A stretch of 64,000 bases of DNA, taken from NCBI GenBank assembly GCA_003344405.1, contig NOWV01000023.1:434001-498000 (forward strand), in the 5' to 3' direction. Below, in pieces: positions 1-14,500 of the stretch (its first letter is position 1; the number at the start of each line of letters is the position of its first letter). The notes under the pieces are model-generated. The model was not told where the DNA came from, did no database searches, and worked only from the letters and a program-made list of their open reading frames with translations. This DNA comes from Trichoplax sp. H2. Lineage: Eukaryota. Made by a program: the position numbers and the translations under genes.

Positions 1-3000
1 GCTATCTTAAGGGATCAATTTGTTTATCGCGAAACTTTTCAAGTACTTGAAAAACAATTATCTACGATTTATGATCTTATTCAATACTATTAAGGGGCTT
101 TTATTCATTCTGAATTAATTATAACAATAAGAATCAGGGAGTGATTATAACTAATTGGTGCTAAAGTTGACAAAAGTCGACTTAAATTGATTAGATTTTA
201 CTTTTTAATTGTATGTTATGTTGACCTTTCCTAATGCTCTATCATTTAAAAAATTGATTAAGGAAGTACTCATTCCGCATCATTGCTATGATTGGTATTT
301 TTAGTCATACAGGAATTCGGTAAAAAAATACTGCATATTGGCTTATGTACAAATAGCTTGATAAGTTTTACTACTCCGTACAAGCATCATCCTTGTCGAT
401 AATCATCCGATTTAAGACGGAGGAGGGTGGAGCCCAAGTAATTAATTAGTGGTAAGAATGAAATGACTTTTCATATTAATAGTATTAGTGTCGGCGTATG
501 TCAACAGAGCCAAACTGTCTGCATCTTAACGATGCATGCCTGTATGACAACGTTGTTAGCATCTAATTGTTAGATCTTTTCTAACGAATTCTTAATCCTG
601 TATAATAATTAGTCTATGTCGTAATATACTCTCAACAATGTGTGATTTTTGTATTAAGGCATGTAATTAGAACTAAATTCATTCCTCCCATCTACTTTTA
701 TTGTCATTCGCTTTATAATTACATTCTTTTCTACCTCTCTACCTTGATACAATCTTTTATAATCGAGCTAAAGTATAGTTAATCCAACATTTTATTATTA
801 ATTTTTCATAATATTGGCACAACTGTTGCCCGCTGAAACAGCCAAAGCTATGTCGTATTTTATGAGTTTCATAGACTAATATTTGCTGCATATTCTATAG
901 ATTCGGTATATTTTAATGCTTGGCTCATATGTTATGATATAGGGAATTTATTTCTTCTACTGACATTGATAATGCGTGTAAAAATATTCAATAAGTTATT
1001 ATTTTTAATATTTATATGACTTTCAAAATTATTTTAGCGAGATTAGGCTTTAAAATCGCCCACGATTTAAATCTACTGTTTTGTATTTTTCCATTTGGCT
1101 CAAATACTACAATGCATTACACTACTGTTGTACAGAGTGGACCTTATAATATAGGATAATCAGCTAATCAATAATGGATAACAAATAAATACTGCAATGT
1201 AATAGGATCATGCATATTCTCCAACTTTAATTCTTTAATGAAATATTTACCGTATAGTCATAGCTATGGTTGCGACGGCGTAATTTTGTTGTATAGAAAT
1301 ATCATATCTGGTTACGATACAATTTATGCGGCTTTCATGGATTACTTTCTGCTATGCAGATATCTTTACATTATTTCCTTTTGAGTTTAAATATTTAATC
1401 ATTAGCATAATTTCAATGTTTGGCTTTTAATTATAATTCTATGTTATTTGCGAGATCTCTACCATTTTCTACAGTATATAAATAAAAACTCTACGATGCT
1501 ATGGTTTTCAGCTTAAGTCATTATTACTATTTATATTACTCGGCTGCTTCTCAATCTTACATACGTTACAAATTTGCAATCGTCAAAATGCATAGTTCAT
1601 GAAGTTCTCTACTAAACATTATCTTATGGTGTTATCTGTCCTTAATACCATAGCATCCTTAAACGATTATACGACCACGCGAACATGCCAAGGCATATCT
1701 TAACGCAGTTATAATATGCACCGCCACATACTTAATGTAGCTACTCTGCCTAGTAATTATATATTACTAAATTCTATCTTTACTGCTCTAACATTTCCTA
1801 TGATCTGAACTAATGTCAATTTATACAACATTTTTACAGAGCAGTCATTCGCTCTTTTTCGGTTAGCAAGGTATTGACGAAAGTCTCTTGAAATGTGGAA
1901 TGTGAATTAAATTCTAACCTAGATGCATGAATTTTACCACATCTTTTTTTATTCCACAGAACCGTATTTGAATTGTGTATGATATTTGCAATAAGGAGAT
2001 ATATCACTCTTAGCGCTAGGGTAGTAGAATGCTGTTAATGAAGTATATAAATGGCAGACTTCTTTAGGAGGGAGTTTAACCAGAAGTCAAGATTTAGCCA
2101 TGCATAATTACGTGTTCGATGTTTACTGCTGTAATATTCAACACTAGTTTTAAGTAATAAACGATTTTTAACCATTATTTTAAAAATGACGTTTTGACAA
2201 TATAATGATCTACTGTATATCGCACACCATACTGTCTATGTAAAGTATAGACCCGATATTGTGATCAAGTGTCTTCAAAATAAGAAAACAAGAGCTACAC
2301 TTTCTTGTCAACTTTACTTTATTACATAAGTTAAGCTCATCTTACGACTACTATAGTACGATTCGTGTTAATATAATTTTGAAATGGGCGATTTTTGCAA
2401 ACTATCCAGATATTCAATTTAGCATAATATCAAGAATTGGAATCTTTTACTAGCAAGTGAATTGTTAAGATATGTCTGTGAACTGGATACAGCAATTAAA
2501 TATATTGTAGTCAGAACTCTTGTTCGCAGGCATGGTGTGCGAATTCAACTAGTAAATACGCGTATACTGCTGTGCCGGTTAGGCATACTGTACAGTGTAG
2601 AGCAAGATCCAGTCGAGCGAATTATTGGTGTACAAGGTCTTGAATTCAAGGATATTATTTGATAGTAACCTGGAAAAGGGCAGCTGGGTTTATGCAAATA
2701 TGCGCCCCTACCGGCTAGGTCCAGAAGAAAGGTAGAGGTCCTTGAAAGAGCAACATCATGGATAAAATGATGGCATTGAATTGCATTGCTTGCTTGGGAT
2801 ATGCTGCTGTGTAGGTTATGTATACAGCCAATGCAGGATCTAGTCGAGCAAATTACTATTGTAAAAGGTCCTTATAAGTGAAAATCAACGTCACTTTATC
2901 CAGTTATTGCTGTGAAGTTGCGTTGCAAACAGGGGATATGGTGTGTGTCCATAGCGTTAAACTTATGTCCGTTTGAATACCAATGAATAAGTTTGGAAAT

Positions 3001-3758
3001 TACGCAACAGCTAACAGTACTACTGTACAGTATGTGTTTCGGCGCAACACGTTGCCAACACGCTGTGGATTAGATTCTTGTTCTCATTAATTTAATTATT
3101 GCTCTACTGTTCTTAAATCGTGTGATAAAAGATCTTTCATGTCAATTCTATCATGATTGAGCTAATGAATTGTGAGCTACTAGATTCCATTGGATGAAAG
3201 AAGTAGAGTCCTGTGACTATCATGAAGGACAGTCATTCTATCTGCATTGCTCGTCGTATAGCTTCCGTAATCCAAACGAATCCTTCCTAAAGCTCAAACA
3301 ACACTTACTATAACTCATCATCGATGTCTTGTTACACTTTTACCTCTAAATTTGAAATCGAAGCCAAATTATAGCTAAAATTGGACTATTGAGGTGAAGG
3401 AAAGACTAAAAAGTACGATGACCATGTGGACGATGAGCTATCTTATTTAATGTCAAGAGGCGGATGGCAGTAAACGTGTCATGACGAAAGTTATATAAAA
3501 AAAGTATCTTGGAGCGATCGAAGCCCTTAATGATCATTACAGGACTGTATAAGCACAGATTATAGAGACTATTACGACAGGAAGATACAGAAAGGTTTGC
3601 AAAATTACGACATCGATCCATGGGTGGCAAAGGGGAGAAGGAGTCGGTAGCCATGGAGAGCGATGCCTCCAGTGCTGGGTGACAATGAGCATGAGCAGTA
3701 CCCTCATCAGGCACAGTTGGTACAGTGCAAATACTGTAGGCTTCCTACTAGCTGTACT

Positions 3759-3782
3759 GTACTGTACACTAGTGTACAGTAC
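3759..3782. repeat. Perfect 24-bp palindrome GTACTGTACACTAGTGTACAGTAC about 200 bp upstream of the ESD ATG
   Basis: Read directly; 12 consecutive pairs centred between 3770 and 3771, within a TACTGT/ACAGTA-rich tract (3720-3835). Confidence 0.85.
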
Positions 3783-3980
3783 CAAGACTATACAGTATAG
3801 AGTGCTGATACAATACTTGGCACCGTATACAGTAGTGTGGGCACTGCTAACCTGTGGATGGGCCTGGGCTTTGCTCCTTTTCGTTTATTGCCAGAAAGAT
3901 TTTATCGTTTTGGCAGCAAGTTCGTTTTGTCTATTGGCAATTGCAAGTTTTCTTCTCTTCATCATCGTTATTATAGCGCT

Positions 3981-6900
3981 ATGTCGACTAATGTGGAATT
4001 AGTTTCTTCTGCAAGATGCTTTCAGAGTTCCATCAATGTTTATAGCCATGACAGGTAAATAGTTTTAGCATCCAATTGTTGCAGGTAGGCATGAACTGAT
4101 TGTAGTGCATTGGGATGTACAATATCGATCCTCCTTTAGCCAACGAAATAGTCAATCTTGCATTGAAACTATCATAAATACTTACAATCTACCTGGATAG
4201 CAAGGAACTTGTCATTAGTATGCAAAAAATCATGTTGCAATTGCCAAATAATTCTACCTCCAAAACTGGGCATGGTGCATTATTGTTATTTGTACAGTAT
4301 CTCCCTCCCCCCCTCAAAATAGGTCTTCCTCTTTTCCTATACAGTAGCTGCAAAATCATCATTCTTGTGTCCGTAATTTTCTCATTATACAGTGCTTGCT
4401 TTAATTAAAAAGAGTCTCGCAGCTTGCTACCAATCGTTGAAAGTAAAGATAGACAATAATAGAATAATTGTACGAGAATAATTCTCTTGCTAGATTAATA
4501 AAAAAATGCTATATAGACATTTTTAACAGCTTTGTTATGCTGCGTAGCATGAAATCAGAAACTGCAGCACCATCATATCTGGATCATACTGTAGACTTCG
4601 ACTCTTACAAGGACTGCATCAACATCAACCCATGATCCCAAGTACTTTATAGTTTTTAAGATTCATGCTGCATGCTAGCATGATGTAATTTTTGATATTC
4701 TTGCAGCATGAGCGATTTTATACCTTGGTACATTTTGAACAGCTTTGTGATGCTCTCTACTATTCTAGTGAGTTATTGCACAGTTTCAGCAATGTGTAGA
4801 GAATCACTCACAAGTGTTAGAGCGCCCTAATGGACTGGATTATACCCTTACCGGTATTTTATACTTTTTTTAAGATTCTTGGGGCATGAATCATTTTATA
4901 TATTAGTAAAGTGACTAGTATTCCCTTCGTGTTGAAATCAACTTTTGTGACAGCTTGAAAAATTGAAAACTTGCACAATGTGCATTAGACAGTACAGTAC
5001 TGTACAGTATGTTATTAATTAAGCGTAATCTACTGTAATTCGATTATACTGTATGTACAGGCGTGGCCTTGTAGAACATAAAATGATTGATTTCCAGATA
5101 GTGATACTGGAATATACAGGTTAAATCCAATTTATTTTTGCAGGCTCATTGTTGACAAATGCTCTTCCGTACGTACGTGTAGACAGTTCACAATAGGAAT
5201 GCTATGTGAATAACTACTACAGTGGATCAGAAATATACAGGCCATGACCGATGAAAACTGCTTTATTATTCAATGATATAAAACAATAGTTGGTAGAGCA
5301 GCCATCTTCGCATTTATAACTACAAACGTGTATAGTTATTTCAAAGCTAAGTTGTTATTTTTAGCTGATCATATTGCTGCTTCCATTCTACTTTTGATCT
5401 GATAGAGCACAATTTCTCTTCTTGTAGTACTCTTTAGTACAAGTAAATATTGTCAGTCTATTAAAGTCAACCCTGACCTCCATCATAACACTACAAATGG
5501 ATTGCTTAAATGAGATCATAAGTGCTACTGGCGACATTGACATTGATTCTTGTGATCATGACGAGTAGAATCGATTAATTACTTTCATTCCGTACCATGC
5601 TTTTATTATCGATATATTTGCTGTAGAATAATGAAAAAATTTTGCGTAGAAACTTTCAGCTGCTAATCGATATTTTTCTCTTGTTAGTGAGGAACTTCAA
5701 TGCAAAATGAAATTTGGTGTCATACTTCCCGATCAAGCTAAGGAATCGAAACTTCCAGTTCTCTATTGGCTCTCTGGTCAGCATTTGTCTATCTTTGTTC
5801 GTCGTGTTAAAACTTTTACTTATTGCATTAGATGTGGATACTAATGCAAATGCAATTTTGGCTCATTTGCTTAAATGATATCATTGTAAAATTTTTCTAC
5901 CTCAAGAGATAGTTGCACCACTCCAATAATACAGTCCATTGGTGATCATCTGACTAGACACCAAATATAATAGATAGATATATTAGTCACTGAACTCTTG
6001 GCGTAATGTAATCTAGGCTTAATATATGTATAGAACAGGAATTCTAGGGACTTCTTTATCTATGGATTATAGTAAATATCACATCCTAGTGACTTGATTT
6101 TTTCTTACAGTTTCTTCAGTATGGTTAGAATACTATAATTTTAGTCATATAGTTTTTACAAAATCGTATATCGATGGTCTAGAAATACAAATCAATAATG
6201 ACATATTGCTCTAATTGCCTAGAAATAATGCTAGAAATTGATTTTATTGTCATAGCTTTAAACCTGTAATCCTAGTAATTTATATGCTCATTTATCGGAG
6301 TGTAAAAGTTAATTTAATTGTTTATAGTTGTTTAAAATATCTTATTATCCTTGTAGGATTGACATGTACTGAACAAAATTTTCTTACGAAATCTGCCGCG
6401 CATAAAGCTGCTTGCGATAACGGTGTTATAATCGTATGTCCTGATACGAGTCCTAGTAAGTATAGTAGTGACTGATACTTTCTATAGGGGTGTATTTAAG
6501 TCAATAACGTTGCTCTATTGTTTTCTCCTATTCGGCTATTTCTAGGGGGATGTAACGTTGAGGGTGAAGAGGATTCTTGGGATTTTGGCACCGGTAAGTA
6601 AATATCTATCTAGTTAATCATGGTTATGGTAAGAATATAAGCTGTGCTCAATGCTTGCCACATTTGATATATATATATATATATATACAATATCTTGGAA
6701 AACTTGCATGGTTCTCGTTCGTTCTTTATAGATTCTACTGAGTACATCGTCATTATTAGATATTTTCTAAATTATCTTTAGTAATCGTACAGGCTAGGGC
6801 TATGTGCTCTTTCGGGATGCAGTGGGATTTACAATAATTGTAAATATCACTTGACTGACCTGATTTGCGATCTGATATTATATAACTCTAAAACTGTTAT

Positions 6901-9880
6901 TTTAGGTGCTGGATTTTATCTTGATGCTACCGAAGAAAAGTGGAAGAAGCATTATCGCATGTACTCCTACATCGTCAAGGAGGTACATTATATGCCAAAT
7001 GTAGCTATACCTATTTACACAAATACTGTGATATTTCTTCTAATTTTAGTGTTTGAGTTGAGTCACCACTTTATTAATGTGTAGTGTTTCCAACGAAGTA
7101 CTTGAGATTATACTTTTATTGAGAGATCGATGATGACTGAATCGATAAAATTTCCTATGGCTTATACGATTTGGATATAGTAGCTGACAGAATTATTTAA
7201 AAGTTACTGACATTCTTCAATATTTATTGCCATGAAAAAGCTGTTTCATTGGTATTATTGTATCAGATTAAGTAGAAGAGATTGGCGCCTTACCGAATAA
7301 GTAGCTATAGGTTGTAAAAGTAGCCAACTCAATAGAACCTATTTCTGTAGGTTTATTAGTTAGATTCGGCTTATAATTTTCCTTCGATTTATGATACCTA
7401 GACATCTAGATTCCATAGTAACTGAATAATTCACTTAAAATTATTTCACTTTCCTCGGTAAATACACCCTGAAAAGACTACGTTTTGGGTATTTATATAT
7501 CATACAGAGTATTAATGATCGCTGCCTTACCTTATCTTATGAACTGTCAAAGTGTGTATAAAGATCTCAAATTGAATTGATAAAGTTGCCTTTAGCTTAT
7601 ACAGACCATTTCTATTTGCAATTCCGTTCAAATTAAATAATCCAGACTCTGTAACGAATAAATCAATTGTAAAAGTATTAATTCACTTTTTGTCACTTCA
7701 TATTATCTGGAAATTTTTATGCTATAGTAATTTACAAATAGCTTGCCGTATCTGTGCTTGCTGAGTATAACTCTTCTGATATGTCACAGCTATTCACCAC
7801 CTGCGATGGTGCAGCAAGGCTTTATTGAACCTGGTCAGATAATGGCTAGTTCATACATTAATAGTAAATAGTTACTACTCAAAGATAAAAATGTCTGATA
7901 TACCTAAATGTATATTAATAAATTAGTGCTGTTGAAATTTTTGTAGTAGAATGAATCAATGAATTAACTATCATACGGCTTGAGGATTTGTTTAGTAGGA
8001 TATATTGTTGTTAAAATAAGTAACAACATAGTATTAGAACACAATTTATTGTATAATAACAGGCTTTGATAGAATAATCCCTTAATTATGGTCTGGTGGT
8101 GATTGTTAATTCATCGAGTATCATTCCTGCAATTTATGATGATAGTGGACAAATGTATTATTATTATATAGTGTTGATATCTGGTATTGCTTACCATATT
8201 GAGTTAATTGCGGATTTATAATCAAGAGTTCTTCTTCCTTAAATGGTTATTGGCAATTCCCGCTTTTTTTGTTATTGAGTACTGTCCGTAGAAAATGTTA
8301 ATTTTATATAGTCTATTACAGCTTCAAATAGAAAGCTATTCTGTGTATCTGAATTGAATATCTGCTTTAGTAAGATGACGTGCATACCTGTAAAGGAGTT
8401 TACCTACATAAAGGTTCTTCTAATCTGATGATTTAGTTTCCGAAGATTATCTCTGCTAATTTCCCGGTTATACCTGGAAAACAGTCAATTTTTGGTCACA
8501 GGTTAGTGATTACAAGGTATTTTCTTATAGGGGATCTATTGGAATCAAGTAATATTTCAAATTTCAATTTTCAATGTAGTATGGGTGGCCATGGTGCAAT
8601 AACCATCGCACTGAAAAATCCAGGCATGTTCAAAGTATGTACTAAAGTGATCTTGAAGTAGCTTTTGCCTTGTATTATTAATGTGATTAATCTTACGGAG
8701 GAAAGCAGCATATGAAGATAAAATTTTTTAAAGTGGTTTTTAATTTTATTTTATAGAGTTTGAGTGCATTTTCTCCAATATCGAATCCAATTAATGGTCC
8801 ATGGGGTAAGAAAGCATTTACAGGTTACTTGGGACCTAATCAAGAATCATGGCGGGTAACTTATTGCTTATTGCCATTATAATAGCAATGCAAATGAAAT
8901 GTTAGGGCACAATTGCACTTTTAAGTACGATTGCTAACATATTCCTACTTTTTAAAGTGTTTATTACATGTTTTATACCTGATTGTATGTATTCTATTTA
9001 TAACCTATAATTTAGTGTTACGATGCGACAGAACTTGCGAAGAATTACGATGGAGATGAGATTGAGCTGCTTGTAGATCAAGTACGTGCTGCACGTGTGA
9101 TAGTATAGTTATAGTTGGCTGTCTTTAATTATGATAATGTAGTTAATAGTCGCTTCCTGTTTACTGGTTAAGATAAACAGATGGGTCATTAAGTTTCTAA
9201 CAATATATATGCTGTTACTAAATGTAGGTTATGTCAGTAAGGTATAACTTCGTCGCGGTTAATATTAGTGCATGCGCTGTATATATTGATATATGGTAAT
9301 TTAGTTACCCCATATTGTGAGCAGATGATACAATGTACGCTACTCTGCATATTTAAGAATAGGTCTATCCAAATATGCAGAGATATGAGATATACTTTAA
9401 CATTACAACTTTAATTTCTTATTTATGAAGAAAGTCATCATTACAGAACCATTTTACTTCACCTTTTAATTTCTAATACTAGGGGGCAGCTGATCCTTAC
9501 CTTAAAGATGAACTGTTGTTACCTAACTTTTGTAATGCGTGCAATAACAATAAGAAGGTGAAGCTGACTTATAGAGAACATGCAGTAAGTATTGGAGGAG
9601 TTACTGTGATTTGTAAACGGAGATAGATTATTTATTCAATGATTGTATATTACCGGTTACTATTATATAATTTTAATTTAAAATCAGTGTACTGTATGAT
9701 TGAAGGTTTAAAAGAGTAGATTTATTTTAGGGTCTATTCTTTATTTTTGTTTTTATGCAACTGTCATTAATTAATCCTGTCACTTTGATATTTAAAATTT
9801 AGGGCTATGACCATGGATTCTATTTCATAGCTACTTTTATTGAAGATCACATCAAATATCATGCCCGTTACTTAAAGTAA
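3981..9880 (+). CDS. ESD: S-formylglutathione hydrolase / esterase D, 11 coding exons, about 283 aa
   Basis: Exons 3981-4054, 5688-5776, 6357-6455, 6546-6593, 6906-6982, 8437-8501, 8580-8634, 8757-8855, 9016-9081, 9483-9584, 9803-9880; all GT-AG with consistent phases, total 852 nt. Translation contains [32 protein letters not shown], catalytic GHSMGG, DQGAAD and [17 protein letters not shown], matching the ESD/FrmB family. Confidence 0.97.
6667..6687. repeat. (AT)n microsatellite in ESD intron 4
   Basis: About 10 AT units seen directly. Confidence 0.85.
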
Positions 9881-10144
9881 CTATTCGATGTAGTCATGCT
9901 TCATTAGGTTATTGTACCAATGACTAGCGTCGTTAGTTGCGTCATGCTTAGATATGGTATACAGGGCATATACACTCACCTCAAGAATCTTTTAGGTAGT
10001 TACTTCTTTTGGTAGTTTTGAGAAACGTATTAGTAATTAGATTTGCAGGCTGTTATAACGGTTTTTAAAGACTTTTCATGGAAGGGCTAATTTGCAAACT
10101 ATTCTGAAGGACATGATTATCATGTCTTGTCTGCTTTTATTCAT

Positions 10145-10150
10145 AATAAA
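10145..10150 (+). terminator. Candidate polyadenylation signal (AATAAA) of ESD
   Basis: AATAAA about 265 nt downstream of the ESD stop; common by chance in AT-rich DNA. Confidence 0.35.
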
Positions 10151-11566
10151 TATCAAGAATTAAAATTTATATGATTATTAAGATTGAGTAATTTATTATT
10201 TATGGATAATTTTTATTTTTGAAATTGGTAAATTTTGGAGAGTGTAGGCGACGTTACTGTTTTGTTCTCAAGCTTATTTGGTAATTCACTTATTGTTAAT
10301 AGCATTTGACAACGTGAGAACGTTTGGGGAGCGTGTGATAAGCTGTTTTCAGTTTTTAAGCCAAATAGAAATGATTAACTCTTACAAACATAATAGAATA
10401 TTCAGTTACTTACATTGAAGTGGCAAAATTTAGACTGGTAAACGCGGGATAAATTATACAAGAATAGCCATCAAATCTTGATGGATTTTTTAGTCATGAT
10501 AAATGAGTGAGAATGAATTTTCTTTTATTATTTTTTACGATTGGCAAGAGTTAATAGGTTTTGATTTTCGTCAAATATAGAATTACCTTTATTTTTATAT
10601 CTACAGTTATGATGTCAAGTTAATTGTAGTTCATCAGCGATATTAAATTGATGGTTCACATTAATCTAGTTTATGTCCATTCGTCGGGCTGATCTAGAAA
10701 TAATGACAATGGTATAATGATAATTATATGATTATTATTCTTATTATCAATGGAGTAGGGTTGATGGTAAGATTTTTTCTCTTTTACTTTCGGTTGAATT
10801 ATATGAAAAAGAGTTATAAATATAATAGAAATATTACCAAAGTTAACTTAAAACTTTATTTGTTAATACTTGTAATAGTCTTAGAATAAATAATTAGAGA
10901 TAGTAGTTCAATATTTAAGAAATAAATATTTAAGCAGCTTAGTTTATGTACTCGTATACGTATCAGAATCGAATTGTTGTAATATTGCGTTAGTAATTAT
11001 CCAGACACCTTTTGTCTGATGGACAATTTGAAAAGGTTACTGCTTGTTCTGATGACTTACTCAGTTATTTTCCAATTTTATTTCATTTGTGAACATATTG
11101 ATTATAAGCAGGAAATAATTATTAAGCTGGCTGGAAGAACACAATATCAGCAGATGTTTATCATATTGTCCAATAATAGTCTTTAGTCATCGTTAAGATG
11201 TGCTATTTAATTATTAATATCTAGAGATACTTTATTAATTGTTAGAAAATCGTATTTTAATATCATGTATATATTACCACCTGGTCATTAGCAGTAAATA
11301 AACAATGGGTTAAAAAAGTAATTTATTAGGAGGGGATTAGTCCTTTTAGTGGCTATATGGTTATTTTACTAACAGACTTCAAGAAGGCGCTAAGAGTAGG
11401 ATAAAATAAGCTATTAACAAAAATTTCATCCATCGAAGCCAATCTGGTAACAGTTAAAAGTAAATACGTCATTGATAAGTGTTTAGCCCAGACGGTGTGG
11501 AATTGACAAGGCAGCAAGAATTTGGTTTAAAATATAATTGTATCATTGCTTCACTTTAGCCGATCC

Positions 11567-14500
11567 ATGGCTATTCATATAATATTACTCTTAACAGTAG
11601 CTGTTGTAAGTAGCTATGGTAAGGAGGACATCTACCTTGGCTGTATTTATCCTACTAGCAATAATTTCGCAGCTATACGTGGCCAAGGTTATGCAACTGC
11701 AGTTAAAATTGCTGCAAAATTGATCAATCAGAGAGATGATATATTGCCGGATTATAATTTAAAAATTCTCTTCAAGGATTCTCAGGTAAGATTGTTATAT
11801 CATTAATACTGTTATTATAACTATATTTTAAGGTATACTAGTATTTGCAGATTTTAATTTGCCCTTATAGTATATGTGTTTTTTCCAAAACTGATCTACA
11901 CCGTGTCGTTCAATTTTTTAAATGAGATTTTATTGGGCCGCGGTGTTCGGTAATTTAAAACGATAGATTTGGTAAGATACGCTGTCTCTGAATCATATGC
12001 CATAGACATAATACATGATATCAAATCTGCAGCGGTTCTCTTGCTATCATTTTTGTTAGAGGTGATTATAGAAGGCAGAAAATTGCCTCCTAGTATTACA
12101 TTGATGAGCCATTCAAGAGAATTGTCATCAATATTATGACTTGAAAATTGAATTATAAATAATTAGATTTTTACTATATTGCAATTAAGTAAGCTGGCTT
12201 AGAGGCGGAATTACTTTGGGTCATGATTATCATAGGAATCCTATCATATAATGATGATCAAGCCCATCTGCGTATAGCTATGACAACTCGTAAATAATCG
12301 ATAAATGGTCCTATCAGTTTACACTTTCTGTATTGTATTTCTGTACTCTAAATCATGTTGTTACTGCTATAGACTGTCTGGATATTTTAGATTGGACCTT
12401 AATTTGATGTATGGTCTTGGCCGAATATATATTTCTTATACAATCGTAGTACAGCCGTAGAATCGTCGTCAACTTACAATAAGCTTGAGCTCTTGATCCG
12501 TTGAAGCTTAGCCTATTATGATTAACTTTACTCTGAAAGTTATAGTTATAGATTTTATTTATCTTAAGAATTTCTGGTTTATTTTTATAAATGTATAATA
12601 ACTGTAAATTATCTAAGTTTCATCTCCAGTTATATATGGCATTTGGCAACCAATACTGACTACATCTTAATTATTATCGAATTGGTAATTAGTTACCGTA
12701 GAATTTCAGTTTAAGTCTTTAATACTGAATATCCTCCAGGAATTTGTTAACAGTTACTTTGGTTGTAATAACATGTTCGGTCTACAAGTTAAGGATAGAG
12801 AAAATTATCTCATACTCTATTTGCTGTTGATATTGTGATTGAGAACTATACCATATTATGATTAAGATATAACTGGAATTGCTAGCTTTCATTTTTCCTA
12901 TTTAGAGGAAATGATTCAGAATTTTACGATCACTAATTCTGCGTGAAACATTCTCACGTTCGCTGTTGTTAGTAATTCGATTGGATTTAAAGTGTCAACC
13001 AATAACAATAATTCAATAAGATTCAACAACAATTTAATATTGCCATACTAAGTAATTCTTTTGGCCGTGCGTATTCCTAGCATATGGATAATTATTGAGA
13101 ATAATAATTACCGATCCTGCTATTACCCTGTCTTTGACAACTGGTGTTCGCCCATAACAATACGATCATTAGGATAATATCTATGTTCTTGGAGGATTTG
13201 TTACAATCAAGGGCATACAAATTCATGCAAAAATCTCTTTCTCTCGTTAATTAATTATTTTTGTCGGCAATTTAATCATTAGAGTGCCTGCATAGACTGC
13301 TTGTGAGACCAATATATCATATGTTATTCCGATGTTATTGAAAGGTTTTCTTTAAGCAACAATGCAAATTCTTTTAGGTGATCAGTTATATTAACAGTAG
13401 AAGGGTCATCGGTGAAGTATTATTAGACTGATATTAAGAGTTTTAGTTGCGCATAAAATTTGATGAAACAATGGCCAATATTGTAAATTATTTTGGTAGT
13501 TTTAAAAATGCTAAGTTTACTGAGATATTCTGAAATTGGCCTAAGGTCATTTTACCGGATTCTAATCATTTCTATCTTCTATTGGTGGCATCATTATTTT
13601 TGCTTAGTATAAGGTTTTTATTTATTATGGAAAGAATTTAAGTTTATTTTACTGTAATTTAATACTATTTGGCATCGCGGTATCCGCTTTCTTAAACAAA
13701 GAGAAAATTTGATAAATACTGCAGCTGACTTCTCTAGTTTTACGGCAAATACGATCATTAATTCAATATATTGAGGAGCCATAAGGAAAAATGATCACTA
13801 AAAGAAATTAATATTAAACATATACCGCTTAATTTAGTCGAACTTGTAGTACTCAAATCCAAAAAATAAAATTTATTATTACGCGTTTAGAAAATTTCCT
13901 TTTTTATTTCAGAGCATTTCATGATTCTGTCTTTTAGTCTTAAGTGAGATATAAAATTTTATCAATATTGAGTTTCAATCCCTTCATTACATTAAAATCG
14001 ATTTTGAATGCTTATAATGGCGTTACAATCGAAATACAGTACAAGTAAGCACTTCTAAACCGTTGTTATATCGAGATATCTTGGAAAAAATTTTCTTTAT
14101 ATCATTTCTTTATTAACTATAATTTTATAAAGAACTTTTACGGCTACGATGTTACTCAATTTCAATCTTTTTTCACTTCAGTAACTACAATGACTTAAAG
14201 TAATACACTATACTATAACATCGACTCGATTAGTATCCGGTATGGGTATATAATATACTATAAATGCAAATATTGTTACGGAAAAGTACTGTCAATGGCG
14301 CGCAAGAAAAAAATTCCGCATTGCACTTAAATATTCAATTTAATTTATTTTAAATTAGTATCAAATTTCATATCTTTTTATTTCAAATCTGAATAAATTC
14401 ATTAAATCATCTGGTTTTTAATTCGATGATGACTCAACATAACGCTTTATTGAAGTAAATATTCACCAGCAAGTTTCATAACTAAATAAAATTAAACTAA

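Noticed and set aside
3406..4408. Cluster of overlapping short ORFs upstream of and within ESD
   Set aside because: Only the end of 3837-4058 ([14 protein letters not shown]...) is real ESD exon 1; the rest arise from the stop-poor TACTGT-rich promoter.
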